From Chitinophagales bacterium (GTDB lineage: Bacteria; Bacteroidota; Bacteroidia; Chitinophagales; BACL12), in the NCBI GenBank assembly GCA_020636645.1, contig JACJXO010000002.1, positions 99,375 to 163,374 on the forward strand: 64,000 bases of DNA, given 5' to 3'. Position numbers and translations under genes: made by a program. The notes below the pieces were generated by a model, which had not been told where the DNA came from, ran no database searches, and was given only the letters and a program-made list of their open reading frames with translations. Shown here piece after piece: positions 44,472 through 53,662 of the stretch (the first letter of the stretch is position 1; every line of letters starts with the position of its first letter).

Positions 44472-45980
44472 CTACTGTATCACCATCAGTTTCGTATCCA
44501 CCACTTTTCCATCCACCAGCAATGTATAGCTATAAGTACCTGCTGCCAATTGTGTAGCATCTACTTCTAAAACACCATTGCCCAGTTTTACATCAGCCAT
44601 GAACAGGCTTACCCCGGCAGCATCGGCTATTTTTATAATTGCCTGTTCGGCAGTTTCGGGTACAAAATAGCGTATGGAGGTACTACCGGTAAAAGGGTTG
44701 GGTCTGTTCTGAGAAAGGGTGGCCTGCGTTTGGTTTGAGGCTACAAAGATCCGTTGTACCTCATCCGTTGTTGACTCATTCATCTGAATACCTTGTTGAC
44801 CAAGCAGGGCTTCCAGTCTGGAAATGCGATCTTCCAGATTTGTATTCTCTGCATCCAGTTCCTGCACTGCTTTTACCAGCGGTACCACAAAGGTGGCATA
44901 GCGCAGGCCCAGGAGGCGACCGCTGGCATCTACGCCGCTGAACTCATACCCCAGGTCTTCTGCCGCAGCAGCCACTTCCTGGGCTATGAATCCGGAAAAG
45001 GCCTGTTCTTCAATGTCGTATTTGCCGGTCCACGTAGCGGTATCTACTCTGCCCATCAGCTGGTTCTGGGTAGTGATGTTGTAGTGGTAGGTAACCGGCC
45101 GCAGCTGATTGATGAAATCCAGCCCCGGCACATTCTCTTCCACCTGCTCTTTGATGCGGGCATCGCTGTACACGGTCCAGTCCACCTCACCACCGATGCT
45201 GGAGACGCTGGAGTTGCCGATTAGAACTTTATTGGAAGCATCTACTACAGCTATATATCCAACAGCTATTGAGTTCTCAAAATCATTACCAGTTGTAGTA
45301 GCATTGTAGCCAATTCCAATATTATAATTACCTGTTTTATTGACATTTAGAGCCAATGCTCCTATTGCTGTATTACTATTCCCCAGTGTATTATTTGATA
45401 AACTTGCACGACCTATCGCAGTATTTTCATTCCCCTTTGTATTATCACTCATTGCACTGGAACCTATCGCAGTATTCTCGTTTCCTATCTTATTGCTCAG
45501 CATAGCATTAGAACCGATGGAAACGTTATTATCACCACTCTTATTAGAAAAAAGCGAATAATTTCCAATAGCTACATTGCTTTCTCCAAAGTAGTTGTAT
45601 TTAAGAGACAAGTATCCAACGGCAACATTTTGTGATCCGGACTTGTTGTACCGCATAGCCTCTGCTCCAATGGCTGTGTTATATGATCCAATTAAGTTGT
45701 CAGTCAAAACAAGCCATCCAATAGCAGTATTGTAATCACCATCAAGATTGCTGGTAAGTACTCCTTCCCCAAACCCGATCCCGGCAGGTCCATTGTAAAT
45801 AGTTGAGGTTCCTAACCCAATACTGGCATGCCCATCAGGAGAATTGATGTCCAGCAGAAGTTCCGGTGTTGTGGTACCAATACCCACAAATCCGGAGTCG
45901 GGAAAGATATTCTGTGCGCTGGCCGGGTTAATGACAGCTGCCAGAAACGCCATGCAGATCAGTTGAATAAGGTTTTTCAT
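44472..45980 (-). CDS. Tail-fibre-like secreted protein: YadA-head-like NTAIG repeats, then a peptidase-S74-type intramolecular chaperone (autoprocessing) domain, then a T9SS CTD.
   Basis: About 12 copies of a 14-aa repeat (N[TV]AIG..A....G). SDARIKEQVEENVPGLDFINQLRPVTYHYN matches the endosialidase-chaperone/S74 motif. C-terminal ...TYSYTLLVDGKVVDTKLMVIQ. Confidence 0.7.
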   Translation of the reverse strand: MKNLIQLICMAFLAAVINPASAQNIFPDSGFVGIGTTTPELLLDINSPDGHASIGLGTSTIYNGPAGIGFGEGVLTSNLDGDYNTAIGWLVLTDNLIGSYNTAIGAEAMRYNKSGSQNVAVGYLSLKYNYFGESNVAIGNYSLFSNKSGDNNVSIGSNAMLSNKIGNENTAIGSSAMSDNTKGNENTAIGRASLSNNTLGNSNTAIGALALNVNKTGNYNIGIGYNATTTGNDFENSIAVGYIAVVDASNKVLIGNSSVSSIGGEVDWTVYSDARIKEQVEENVPGLDFINQLRPVTYHYNITTQNQLMGRVDTATWTGKYDIEEQAFSGFIAQEVAAAAEDLGYEFSGVDASGRLLGLRYATFVVPLVKAVQELDAENTNLEDRISRLEALLGQQGIQMNESTTDEVQRIFVASNQTQATLSQNRPNPFTGSTSIRYFVPETAEQAIIKIADAAGVSLFMADVKLGNGVLEVDATQLAAGTYSYTLLVDGKVVDTKLMVIQ

Positions 45981-46002
45981 TTTGCTTGATTTATAAGAAT
46001 AT

Positions 46003-47931
46003 TTAAAAATAAGTTATCACGATGACGACCCCGTTGGCGCCATCACCCCCGGCACCACTGGTATGTCCTGAGCCGGCAGCACCACCACCGCCACCTCCTG
46101 CGCCGTAGCTGGCTCCGTTGCCCCCGCTTCCGGCTGTTGCGGAAGCACTGGCAGCGCCCCCACCACCACCGGAGCCCAGGTAATTACCGCTCTCTGCTGT
46201 TCCATTACCACCACTGCCCCCGGAAGTACCTCCGCTGCCTGCTGCCGGAGAACTATTCATGAACTGGATATTGCCCCCGCCGTCACCACCCGAATAGGCG
46301 GTTCCGCCACTGCTGATACCACCTCCGGCTCCTCCACCCAGGCTAGCGTAGTTGCTGTTGCCCGCATCATCGCCCTGGTCTGCCGGGTCAGCACTGGCAC
46401 CAGAGCCTCCCTGAGACTTCAGCCCCGGACCACCTGACCCTCCGGCTGCCCCTGTCGAGGAGCCCCCGTTCCCACCGTTGCCTCCGCTTGCCTTCAGGTA
46501 ATCGCCAAAAAAGGATTTGGTGCCATTGCCACCGTCCTTTCCGTCGCCGGAACTTACGGCAGCTCCTCCTGTTCCACCGGCACCCGCATAGGCCAGTACA
46601 TTGGCATCCAGGTTGGCAGCGTTGAAGGTCATTTCACTCATGCCTCCGGCGCCTCCTCCCGATCCTCCGGACATGTCACCGGTAACCCCACCACTGCCTC
46701 CGCCACCACCACCGCCAATACAGATGACTGTCACCGAAACAGCCCCGGTAGGTTTAGCCCACAGAGTAGTTGTTCCTGTAAACACCTGTACGTCGGTTAC
46801 CACAGTCTCCCAGTCTAAGTTGCCTGACCCATCGGTCTGCAATACCTGGTTGGCATCGCCATCATCATCCGGCCAGGTGTAGCCAACGTCATTGATACGT
46901 ACCAGGTCGCCGGTGGAACTGACCTGAAATTCATCTCCGGATCCTACATTGAATGTATTTGACAATGTTGAACCGCTATTGCCGACACTGAATTTACCAG
47001 AACTCAAATCGCCATATAATAGATTTCCAATATTTAGCCTGTTGCTTAAATCCAAACCGGTTGATGGATTTACTGAAATATTGTTACCGATTACAATATT
47101 ATTATTACCTGATTGGCTTGGAAAGCTACCTTTCCCAGATTCCGAGCCAACAAAAATGTTATTGCTCCCGTCGCTAATAGATGAGCCAGCTGAATATCCA
47201 ATTACTGTATTTTCAACACCTTCTGTTAGGCCTATAACTGAATTATAACCTATTGCAACATTATAATCACCTGAAGTTACATTACCCAACACACCAGTAG
47301 TAGTTGAAGTACCGCCGATAGCAATGTTGCCATCACCGGTCACCTGCGGGCTATCTGAATTATTATAGTAGGTATTTTGGCCAATTCCAATATTTGATGA
47401 TCCGGTTGTAATCAACTCACCAGCTCTGCTACCGATCATTGTATTCTTGCCGCCGCTGGTAATATTGCTGGATGAGTACCATCCAACCGAAGTATTGTGC
47501 CCTGCAGAACCAGTGACTGTTTCTAAGGCTTTATATCCGATACCCACCGTTCCATGATTGGAGCTCGAAGCTGCATCCCCTGCATATTCACCAAGAAATA
47601 AACCATCATACGAACCTCCTGTAACGTGCAGAAATTTATTGCTGTTTAGTTTCAGCATATCTACATTGCTGTATCCTTCTGCTTCATCAAAGTGAATGAC
47701 CTTTTCCAGATAAATTTCTGACCAGCTGGAATCTTCAGACCCTAAATTCCGATCTGCATCAGGCAAAAGATGTGAATTGATATTAGTTGTTACGTCCAGA
47801 TTGCTCAGGTCTTCACAGGCGGGATCACATGTCTGTGCAAACATGCGGTTACCACACATGGATGTGAGCAACAAACAAACGATCAGTTTGTAAAATGGGG
47901 GGGGGGGGCTTAACAGGAAATTAACCTTCAT
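46003..47931 (-). CDS. Surface protein with N(T/I/V)xIG beta-helix-like repeats and a C-terminal roughly 250-aa glycine-rich low-complexity domain ending ...VVIVITYF. Contains a 5' C12 tract.
   Basis: Repeat motifs NTMIG/NIGIG/NIAIG/NVAIG/NTVIG. Long GGxGG stretch. A homopolymer encodes SPPPP at codons 9-12. Confidence 0.65.
   Translation of the reverse strand: MKVNFLLSPPPPFYKLIVCLLLTSMCGNRMFAQTCDPACEDLSNLDVTTNINSHLLPDADRNLGSEDSSWSEIYLEKVIHFDEAEGYSNVDMLKLNSNKFLHVTGGSYDGLFLGEYAGDAASSSNHGTVGIGYKALETVTGSAGHNTSVGWYSSSNITSGGKNTMIGSRAGELITTGSSNIGIGQNTYYNNSDSPQVTGDGNIAIGGTSTTTGVLGNVTSGDYNVAIGYNSVIGLTEGVENTVIGYSAGSSISDGSNNIFVGSESGKGSFPSQSGNNNIVIGNNISVNPSTGLDLSNRLNIGNLLYGDLSSGKFSVGNSGSTLSNTFNVGSGDEFQVSSTGDLVRINDVGYTWPDDDGDANQVLQTDGSGNLDWETVVTDVQVFTGTTTLWAKPTGAVSVTVICIGGGGGGGSGGVTGDMSGGSGGGAGGMSEMTFNAANLDANVLAYAGAGGTGGAAVSSGDGKDGGNGTKSFFGDYLKASGGNGGNGGSSTGAAGGSGGPGLKSQGGSGASADPADQGDDAGNSNYASLGGGAGGGISSGGTAYSGGDGGGNIQFMNSSPAAGSGGTSGGSGGNGTAESGNYLGSGGGGGAASASATAGSGGNGASYGAGGGGGGAAGSGHTSGAGGDGANGVVIVITYF
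47897..47908. repeat. G12 (coding-strand C12) homopolymeric tract inside codons 9-12 of the gene 46003..47931. Candidate slipped-strand phase-variation switch.
   Basis: aaaatGGGGGGGGGGGGcttaacagg is the only homopolymer longer than 10 nt in the window. It lies within the 5' coding region. Confidence 0.8.
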
Positions 47932-48318
47932 GGTCTGATTTTTTGATGTGGAACAATGAAGGCAGAATGGGGCATGTAGGGAAGTTACAAGTTGTTTTTG
48001 GAAAGTACAAATTACTTAGATACAGCACTTGGACTATGTCAAGTATGAGAGCTCTTCTTATGGCGGGGTTATTTTGTTTCAGCGTTGTTACTGGCCACAG
48101 GACGTGGCGTGATGCAGGAGATTCCTGTTATCAGTCTGCAGTCATTAATCCTGAGTCGGCTTCAGGAATAACGTGTTCTTTAGAAGGTGTTGTTCGACTA
48201 TCGGGAAGTCATGCCAACCGCCAGGAAACTAAGTCTCATTACCCAATACTCCCTACTCAATACCCGATACTAACCATCGTCCTTCCTCCTTTCACAATTT
48301 CCTCCTTACTTTACCCAT

Positions 48319-49476
48319 ATGCAATCGCCGATCATCATTCGTTCCAAATTACCCAACACAGGCATCAGCATTTTCGCCAGAATGACCGCTCTGGCCAATC
48401 AGCACGGAGCCATCAACCTGGCCCAGGGGTTTCCAGATTTTCCCCCGCCAAAAAGACTCGTTTCACTCGTGGCTGATGCCATGCGAAAAGGCCACAACCA
48501 GTATGCACCCATGCCGGGTGTGCCCGATCTGCGGGAAGCCATTGCAGACAAGACTAAAGACACTTATAAGTGCAAAGTGGATGCAGAAAAGGAAGTGACC
48601 GTAACAGCAGGGGCCACTTACGGACTGTTCGCTGCATTCCAGGCCTTGCTGCATGAAGGCGATGAGGTACTGGTGTTCGAACCGGCCTACGATTCATATG
48701 TGCCCGGTATCCAGCTGGCAGGCGCAGAACCTGTTTTTGTGGAACTGCATGCACCGGATTATAGCATCGACTGGGAAGGCGTCAAGAAAAAGATCAATGC
48801 CAGAACAAGGGCCATTCTGATCAACACCCCCCACAATCCGTCCGGAACCTGCTGGACGAAAAATGATCTCCTTCAGCTTGAAAAGATCGTGGTGGGAACC
48901 GACATCATCGTCATCAGCGATGAAGTGTATGAACACATCACCTTCGATGATGGCCGGCATGAAAGCGTGCTGCGCTATCCGAAGCTGGCACAGCAGAGCA
49001 TCGTCATATCCTCCTTCGGCAAAACCTATCACAACACAGGTTGGAAGATGGGTTATGTGATCGCCAATGAATCCATCACCAAAGAGTTCAGGGCAGTGCA
49101 TCAGTTCCTGGTCTTCAGTGTGAACACACCTATGCAGTATGCGGTGGCGCAGTTCATCCGCGAAGCGCCGGAACATTTTCAGGATCTGCCACAATTCTAT
49201 CAGCGCAAACGGGATTTTTTCCTGGAAGCCGTAAAAGATTCCCGGTTCTCCTTCACGCCCGCATCAGGCACCTATTTTCAACTGCTCGACTACAGTGCCA
49301 TCTCAGATGAACAGGATACGGTCTTTGCAGAACGGATCACCGCAGAGTTTGGCGTAGCTGCCATACCTTTGAGTCCGTTCTACCGCGGCCCGGTAGGCGA
49401 CAGGGTGCTGCGTTTCTGTTTTGCCAAAAGCGAAAAGACCCTGGAAAAAGCGGCCGCTATCTTATGCAGGATCTGA
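48319..49476 (+). CDS. Class I/II PLP aminotransferase, methionine aminotransferase (YbdL)-like.
   Basis: SFGKTYHNTGWKMGY PLP-lysine motif. 385 aa. Followed by an omega-amidase-like gene, as in ybdL-yafV pairs. Confidence 0.75.
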   Translation: MQSPIIIRSKLPNTGISIFARMTALANQHGAINLAQGFPDFPPPKRLVSLVADAMRKGHNQYAPMPGVPDLREAIADKTKDTYKCKVDAEKEVTVTAGATYGLFAAFQALLHEGDEVLVFEPAYDSYVPGIQLAGAEPVFVELHAPDYSIDWEGVKKKINARTRAILINTPHNPSGTCWTKNDLLQLEKIVVGTDIIVISDEVYEHITFDDGRHESVLRYPKLAQQSIVISSFGKTYHNTGWKMGYVIANESITKEFRAVHQFLVFSVNTPMQYAVAQFIREAPEHFQDLPQFYQRKRDFFLEAVKDSRFSFTPASGTYFQLLDYSAISDEQDTVFAERITAEFGVAAIPLSPFYRGPVGDRVLRFCFAKSEKTLEKAAAILCRI

Positions 49477-50237
49477 GAATTACACTGATACAATCTGACC
49501 TGGCCTGGGAAGACCCTGCCCGCAACCTCTCTTTGTTCGGCAAGCTGGTACAGTCAGCCGGCGAGACCGATATCATCGTCCTTCCCGAAATGTTCTCTAC
49601 CGGATTCAGCATGAATGCAGCTGACCTGGCCGAAGCACCAGACGGATCCACCGTGCAGTGGATGCACGAGATGGCAGAGAAGAAACAATGTTGTGTGGTG
49701 GGCTCGGTCATCATGGAGGAAGGCGATCAGTATTTCAACAGACTGGTCTGGATGTTCCCCGACGGGCATTATGAAAAGTATGACAAACGCCACCTGTTTT
49801 CACTTGCCGGCGAAGAGAATACCTATACTCCCGGTCACGAACGACTGCTGGTGGAAGTGAACGGCTGGACCATTTGTCCGCTCATCTGCTATGACCTGCG
49901 TTTTCCGGTCTGGTCACGTTTTAAAAACGATTACGATGTGCTGCTCTACGTGGCCAACTGGCCGGAAAAAAGAGTACACGCCTGGCGACAATTACTTATG
50001 GCCCGTGCCATCGAGAACCAGTGCTATGTGCTGGGAGTGAACCGCATCGGTGTGGATGGGAACACCGTTTATCACAGTGGCAACAGTGCGGTCATCGACC
50101 CCATGGGCGAACGTATCTGGGAGCTGGAACATGAAAGAGCGGTCTTTACCACTACTCTGAAATACGGGTATCTGGAAGAGATCCGCACCCGCCTGCCATT
50201 CCAGAACGACCGCGACATGTTCAGCGTGAACGACTGA
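49464..50237 (+). CDS. Carbon-nitrogen hydrolase (nitrilase superfamily), omega-amidase/YafV-like.
   Basis: Catalytic E-K-C region (VLPEMF...; CYDLRFP). 257 aa. Overlaps the aminotransferase stop. Confidence 0.75.
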   Translation: MQDLRITLIQSDLAWEDPARNLSLFGKLVQSAGETDIIVLPEMFSTGFSMNAADLAEAPDGSTVQWMHEMAEKKQCCVVGSVIMEEGDQYFNRLVWMFPDGHYEKYDKRHLFSLAGEENTYTPGHERLLVEVNGWTICPLICYDLRFPVWSRFKNDYDVLLYVANWPEKRVHAWRQLLMARAIENQCYVLGVNRIGVDGNTVYHSGNSAVIDPMGERIWELEHERAVFTTTLKYGYLEEIRTRLPFQNDRDMFSVND

Positions 50238-50246
50238 GTGCCGGTT

Positions 50247-50639
50247 CTAATTCCTGGAAGGAAAGATCCCGGATGTGCATATGATATAGTGCATTCCCAA
50301 TCCCTTGACACCATTGGCGTCTCTGCCCAGCTTCACGGATTCACCCACATCAAGGGTGTTGGCTCCATTGGATAGACCTACACCTACCGGAACCGCACCA
50401 CGCAGGTCAGGTAGCGCAAACGTGGTTCGTCCATCGCCGCCATAATAGGTACCGATGATGGAGAATAAAGCGGAGTATTCTGAGATGTTCAGTATCTGAC
50501 CATCGCAGAATGCCCAGCCGCGTGGGGCAAAACTTCCTGCAAATAAACGAACCTCGCCCAGCATGGCGTCCTGGGCCTTTGCACCACCTACGAAAAGTGT
50601 GGTGACCAGTGCCATGAGTAACAGATGTTTTTTCATCAT
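50247..50639 (-). CDS. Secreted phage-tail-collar-domain protein (MdpB/rhizobiocin-like).
   Basis: Signal peptide. GEVRLFAGSFAPRGWAFCDGQILNISEYSALFSIIGTYYGGDGRTTFALPDLRG is the tail-collar domain signature. Confidence 0.7.
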   Translation of the reverse strand: MMKKHLLLMALVTTLFVGGAKAQDAMLGEVRLFAGSFAPRGWAFCDGQILNISEYSALFSIIGTYYGGDGRTTFALPDLRGAVPVGVGLSNGANTLDVGESVKLGRDANGVKGLGMHYIICTSGIFPSRN

Positions 50640-50753
50640 TAGGTTTTATAGGTGGAAATAAAGATAAGATAAACCAGATTTCAGGTAAATGATCGGTAGT
50701 AGGGTGCATCTGCTTTACAGAGTCCTGCCTATATTCGTATTCAAACAAGCAAT

Positions 50754-51371
50754 ATGCGCATCACCATTCTCGGAGCAGGAAACATTGGCATGGCTGCTGC
50801 CATGAAGTGGCGTGAAGCCGGGCATACCATCACTTTTGGTGTGCGTGATGTGCAAAGCCAGAAAGCCTACGATGCTGTGGGGGAAGGATTCACAGTGTTG
50901 CCTTTCCAGGAGGCGATGGTTGATCCGGAAGTGGTGTTGTTCGCAGTACCGTTCGCCATTGCCGATGAAGTGGTCAAAGCCATCCGTTCTGACTGGGAAA
51001 ATATGATCATCATTGACGCCACCAATCCTGTCAATACGCCCACAGAACCATTTGATTCTGCAGCTGAAGCAATCAGCGCCTGGACCGGCGGAGAAGTGGT
51101 GAAGGCCTTCAATACCACCGGGGTAGCCAACATGCGCAACCCCAATTATGGTGATAAGACCATAGAGACCTTTATCTGTGGCGATGATGAAGCCGCTAAA
51201 AAAGTGGTGACCCAACTGGCAGAAGAACTGGGTTTTATTCCAGTTGATGCCGGCAGCCTGGAACATGCAGCCATGCTGGAGAACCTGGCCAAACTATGGA
51301 TCACCCTGGCTTACAAGCAAGGGAAAGGCCCGCATTTTGCCTTCACCCTGCTGCACAGACAGAAGAGCTGA
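50754..51371 (+). CDS. NADP-binding oxidoreductase, F420-dependent NADP reductase / P5C-reductase-like Rossmann family.
   Basis: ILGAGNIGMAAA dinucleotide-binding motif. 205 aa. Confidence 0.6.
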   Translation: MRITILGAGNIGMAAAMKWREAGHTITFGVRDVQSQKAYDAVGEGFTVLPFQEAMVDPEVVLFAVPFAIADEVVKAIRSDWENMIIIDATNPVNTPTEPFDSAAEAISAWTGGEVVKAFNTTGVANMRNPNYGDKTIETFICGDDEAAKKVVTQLAEELGFIPVDAGSLEHAAMLENLAKLWITLAYKQGKGPHFAFTLLHRQKS

Positions 51372-51505
51372 GCACATCCATACCATAATATTGGAATGTA
51401 GATCACGACCTTTCGGGGTTGCAGGTGCTGCTATGTGTTAAAAATCTTTAAGCCTCTTGTTTGTAAATCCAAAATGATATAATTTTGATATCAAATTGAA
51501 TTACC

Positions 51506-52357
51506 ATGATGACTGACAAGATCGTTAAACCAGGATCAGGATATCTCTGGCTTATTTTATTTTTTTTGACCCTGGCAGGCTCCATATACGGCATGGCGGC
51601 CGTACATCCTGCCTTTGCCATAGGCCTGCTTGTGCCGGTACTCATCATTTCAGGACTGTTTGTGGTCAATCCGAACGACAGTAAGGTACTGGTGCTTTTT
51701 GGAGCATATGTGGGTACTGTAAAGACCAATGGATTTTATTTTGCAAACCCTTTCTATTCAAAAAAGAAGGTCACCCTGCGTGTTCGCAACATTGAGGGTG
51801 ACAAGATCAAAGTGAACGACAAGGAAGGAAACCCCATCATTATAGGTACGGTCATCGTTTGGCAGGTTACAGATTCAGCCAAAGCCTCATTTGAAGTAGA
51901 TAATTATGAGCATTATGTGAAGCTGCAGAGCGATGCTGCGGTTCGTCACCTGGCTGGCACTTATTCCTATGACCATTTTGACGATGAACAGAAAGACATC
52001 ACCCTGCGTGCCGGCGGCGATCAGATCAATGCAGAACTTGTCAAAGAGCTGGAAGAGCGCCTCGGTCTGGCCGGTGTGCGGGTACTGGAAGCCCGTATAA
52101 CCCACCTGGCCTATGCAGAAGAGATAGCCGGTGCCATGTTGCAACGCCAGCAGGCAACGGCAGTGGTTGCTGCACGTACCAAGATCGTGGAGGGTGCTGT
52201 TGGTATGGTAGAAATGGCTCTCCAGATGCTGAGCAAACAGCAGATAGTAGAACTGGATGAAGAAAAGAAGGCAGCCATGGTCAGCAATCTGCTCGTGGTC
52301 TTGTGTTCTGATAAGGCAGCCAACCCGGTGGTCAATACCGGCACCTTACATCATTAA
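51506..52357 (+). CDS. SPFH/band-7 domain membrane protein.
   Basis: N-terminal TM helices, then an SPFH core (VLVLFGAYVGTVKTNGFYF...). Confidence 0.65.
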   Translation: MMTDKIVKPGSGYLWLILFFLTLAGSIYGMAAVHPAFAIGLLVPVLIISGLFVVNPNDSKVLVLFGAYVGTVKTNGFYFANPFYSKKKVTLRVRNIEGDKIKVNDKEGNPIIIGTVIVWQVTDSAKASFEVDNYEHYVKLQSDAAVRHLAGTYSYDHFDDEQKDITLRAGGDQINAELVKELEERLGLAGVRVLEARITHLAYAEEIAGAMLQRQQATAVVAARTKIVEGAVGMVEMALQMLSKQQIVELDEEKKAAMVSNLLVVLCSDKAANPVVNTGTLHH

Positions 52358-52366
52358 CAGGTAGTA

Positions 52367-52897
52367 TTGCAACTGATGGCATACAGTGAATACAATGAAC
52401 GATCAACCATTACAGACCTTGGCCTGAAGGTACTACTGGCATCTTCTGCCATCATGTCAACGGGAATCATGCTGGCTGTTTACATACAGGCCGACAGAAA
52501 TGGTGAAGATACCACTGAGCTGCTATGGGCTCTTGCACTGGTGCTGGTCATGGAAGTGGTATTATTCTTCCTGATTTTTCGCTCTCCAATGATCATAGAC
52601 GGCAGCCATGAGGGCATACAGGTTCGGTACAGGCCTTTTATGATCAGGAACCGTGTGTTTTTATGGAAGGAAGTGTCTGCCTGGCAGATCAGAAAAGTAA
52701 GCCCCTTTGGCGAGTTTGGAGGCTGGGGTCTTCGAAGATCATTCAGAAAGAAAAAAACCGGATTGATAACCGGAGGCGGCAAGGCACTGGAATTGCAACT
52801 TCAAAGCGGGCATACCTGGGTAGTCAGTACCGGTAATCCGGAAATGCTTGCTATGTTCTGCAGAAAATATGCCGCAGATAAGGAGGTACAGGTATGA
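52367..52897 (+). CDS. Hypothetical membrane-anchored protein.
   Basis: Two N-terminal TM helices and a basic C-terminal domain. No recognisable family. Confidence 0.35.
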   Translation: MQLMAYSEYNERSTITDLGLKVLLASSAIMSTGIMLAVYIQADRNGEDTTELLWALALVLVMEVVLFFLIFRSPMIIDGSHEGIQVRYRPFMIRNRVFLWKEVSAWQIRKVSPFGEFGGWGLRRSFRKKKTGLITGGGKALELQLQSGHTWVVSTGNPEMLAMFCRKYAADKEVQV

Positions 52898-53091
52898 GTG
52901 CTCCTAAGAAGCCATTTGCCCTGCGCCTGGGCTCAGATATAATGGAGGCTCTTGAAAAATGGGCTTCCGATGAATTCCGTTCTACCAATGGCCAGATCGA
53001 GTACCTGCTCCATGATGCCCTGAAAAGGGCAGGCAGGCTGCCGGGAAAGTCACAGGATAACAAAGATAGGAGCAGCTCTAAAAGCAGCTAG
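52894..53091 (+). CDS. Arc-like ribbon-helix-helix DNA-binding protein.
   Basis: PFALRLGSDIMEALEKWASDEFRSTNGQIEYLLHDAL matches the Arc/MetJ RHH pattern. 65 aa. Confidence 0.5.
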   Translation: MSAPKKPFALRLGSDIMEALEKWASDEFRSTNGQIEYLLHDALKRAGRLPGKSQDNKDRSSSKSS

Positions 53092-53180
53092 TACAGGAAT
53101 TTGGTTTATACCAAAGACTCCGTATCTTTGTGACAACTTCGAAAGAGGGGGCATTTTGTCCCCTCTTTTCTTTCTGTGGC

Positions 53181-53651
53181 ATGGAAAACCTGACAGCACG
53201 AATCGAACAATGGCTGGCTCCTAAACTGGAGGAGCTGGATTGCTTTCTGGTGGATATCAAAGTGAAACCATCGGGCAGCAAGATCGAGGTCTATATTGAC
53301 CGCGACAAAGGCCTGCAGATCGAGACCTGTGAACAGGTGAGTCGTTTTCTGGAATTCCATCTCGACAATGAAGCCGATGTGCCTTCCAACTATAACCTCG
53401 AAGTGTCATCGCCGGGCATGGACAATCCTTTCCGCGTAGAACGGCAGTACAGAAAGAACATCGGTAAAACGGTGGAAGTACTGCTTCACAGCGGAGTGAA
53501 ATACGAAGGCGTGCTGGATGCTTATGACGGAGAACAGCTTACACTGGGTATCCACCTGCCACCGAAGAAAAAGGGACAACAACCCGAAGTGCGATCGGAA
53601 ATGTTTTTGTTGAAGGATATTAAATATACAAAAAAGAAAATTTCATTCTAA
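53181..53651 (+). CDS. rimP: Ribosome maturation factor RimP.
   Basis: MENLTARIEQWLAP...CFLVDI.. typical RimP N-terminus. Located upstream of nusA-infB. The start is an internal Met of the track ORF. Confidence 0.8.
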   Translation: MENLTARIEQWLAPKLEELDCFLVDIKVKPSGSKIEVYIDRDKGLQIETCEQVSRFLEFHLDNEADVPSNYNLEVSSPGMDNPFRVERQYRKNIGKTVEVLLHSGVKYEGVLDAYDGEQLTLGIHLPPKKKGQQPEVRSEMFLLKDIKYTKKKISF

Positions 53652-53662
53652 AACCATCAGCC

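Noticed and set aside
44472-47931. Prophage.
   Set aside because: Only tail-fibre-like and collar-domain genes are present. There are no capsid, terminase, integrase or portal genes, and GC matches the host. These look like domesticated surface proteins rather than a prophage.
48200-48318. Riboswitch (for example SAM) upstream of the methionine aminotransferase-like gene.
   Set aside because: The pyrimidine-rich leader lacks the conserved SAM-I/II core sequences and paired stems.
47943-48476. 177-aa plus-strand ORF in the intergenic region upstream of the aminotransferase gene.
   Set aside because: It has low-complexity composition, overlaps the promoter region and the start of the aminotransferase gene, and has no recognisable domain. 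More likely non-coding DNA carrying the shared motif.
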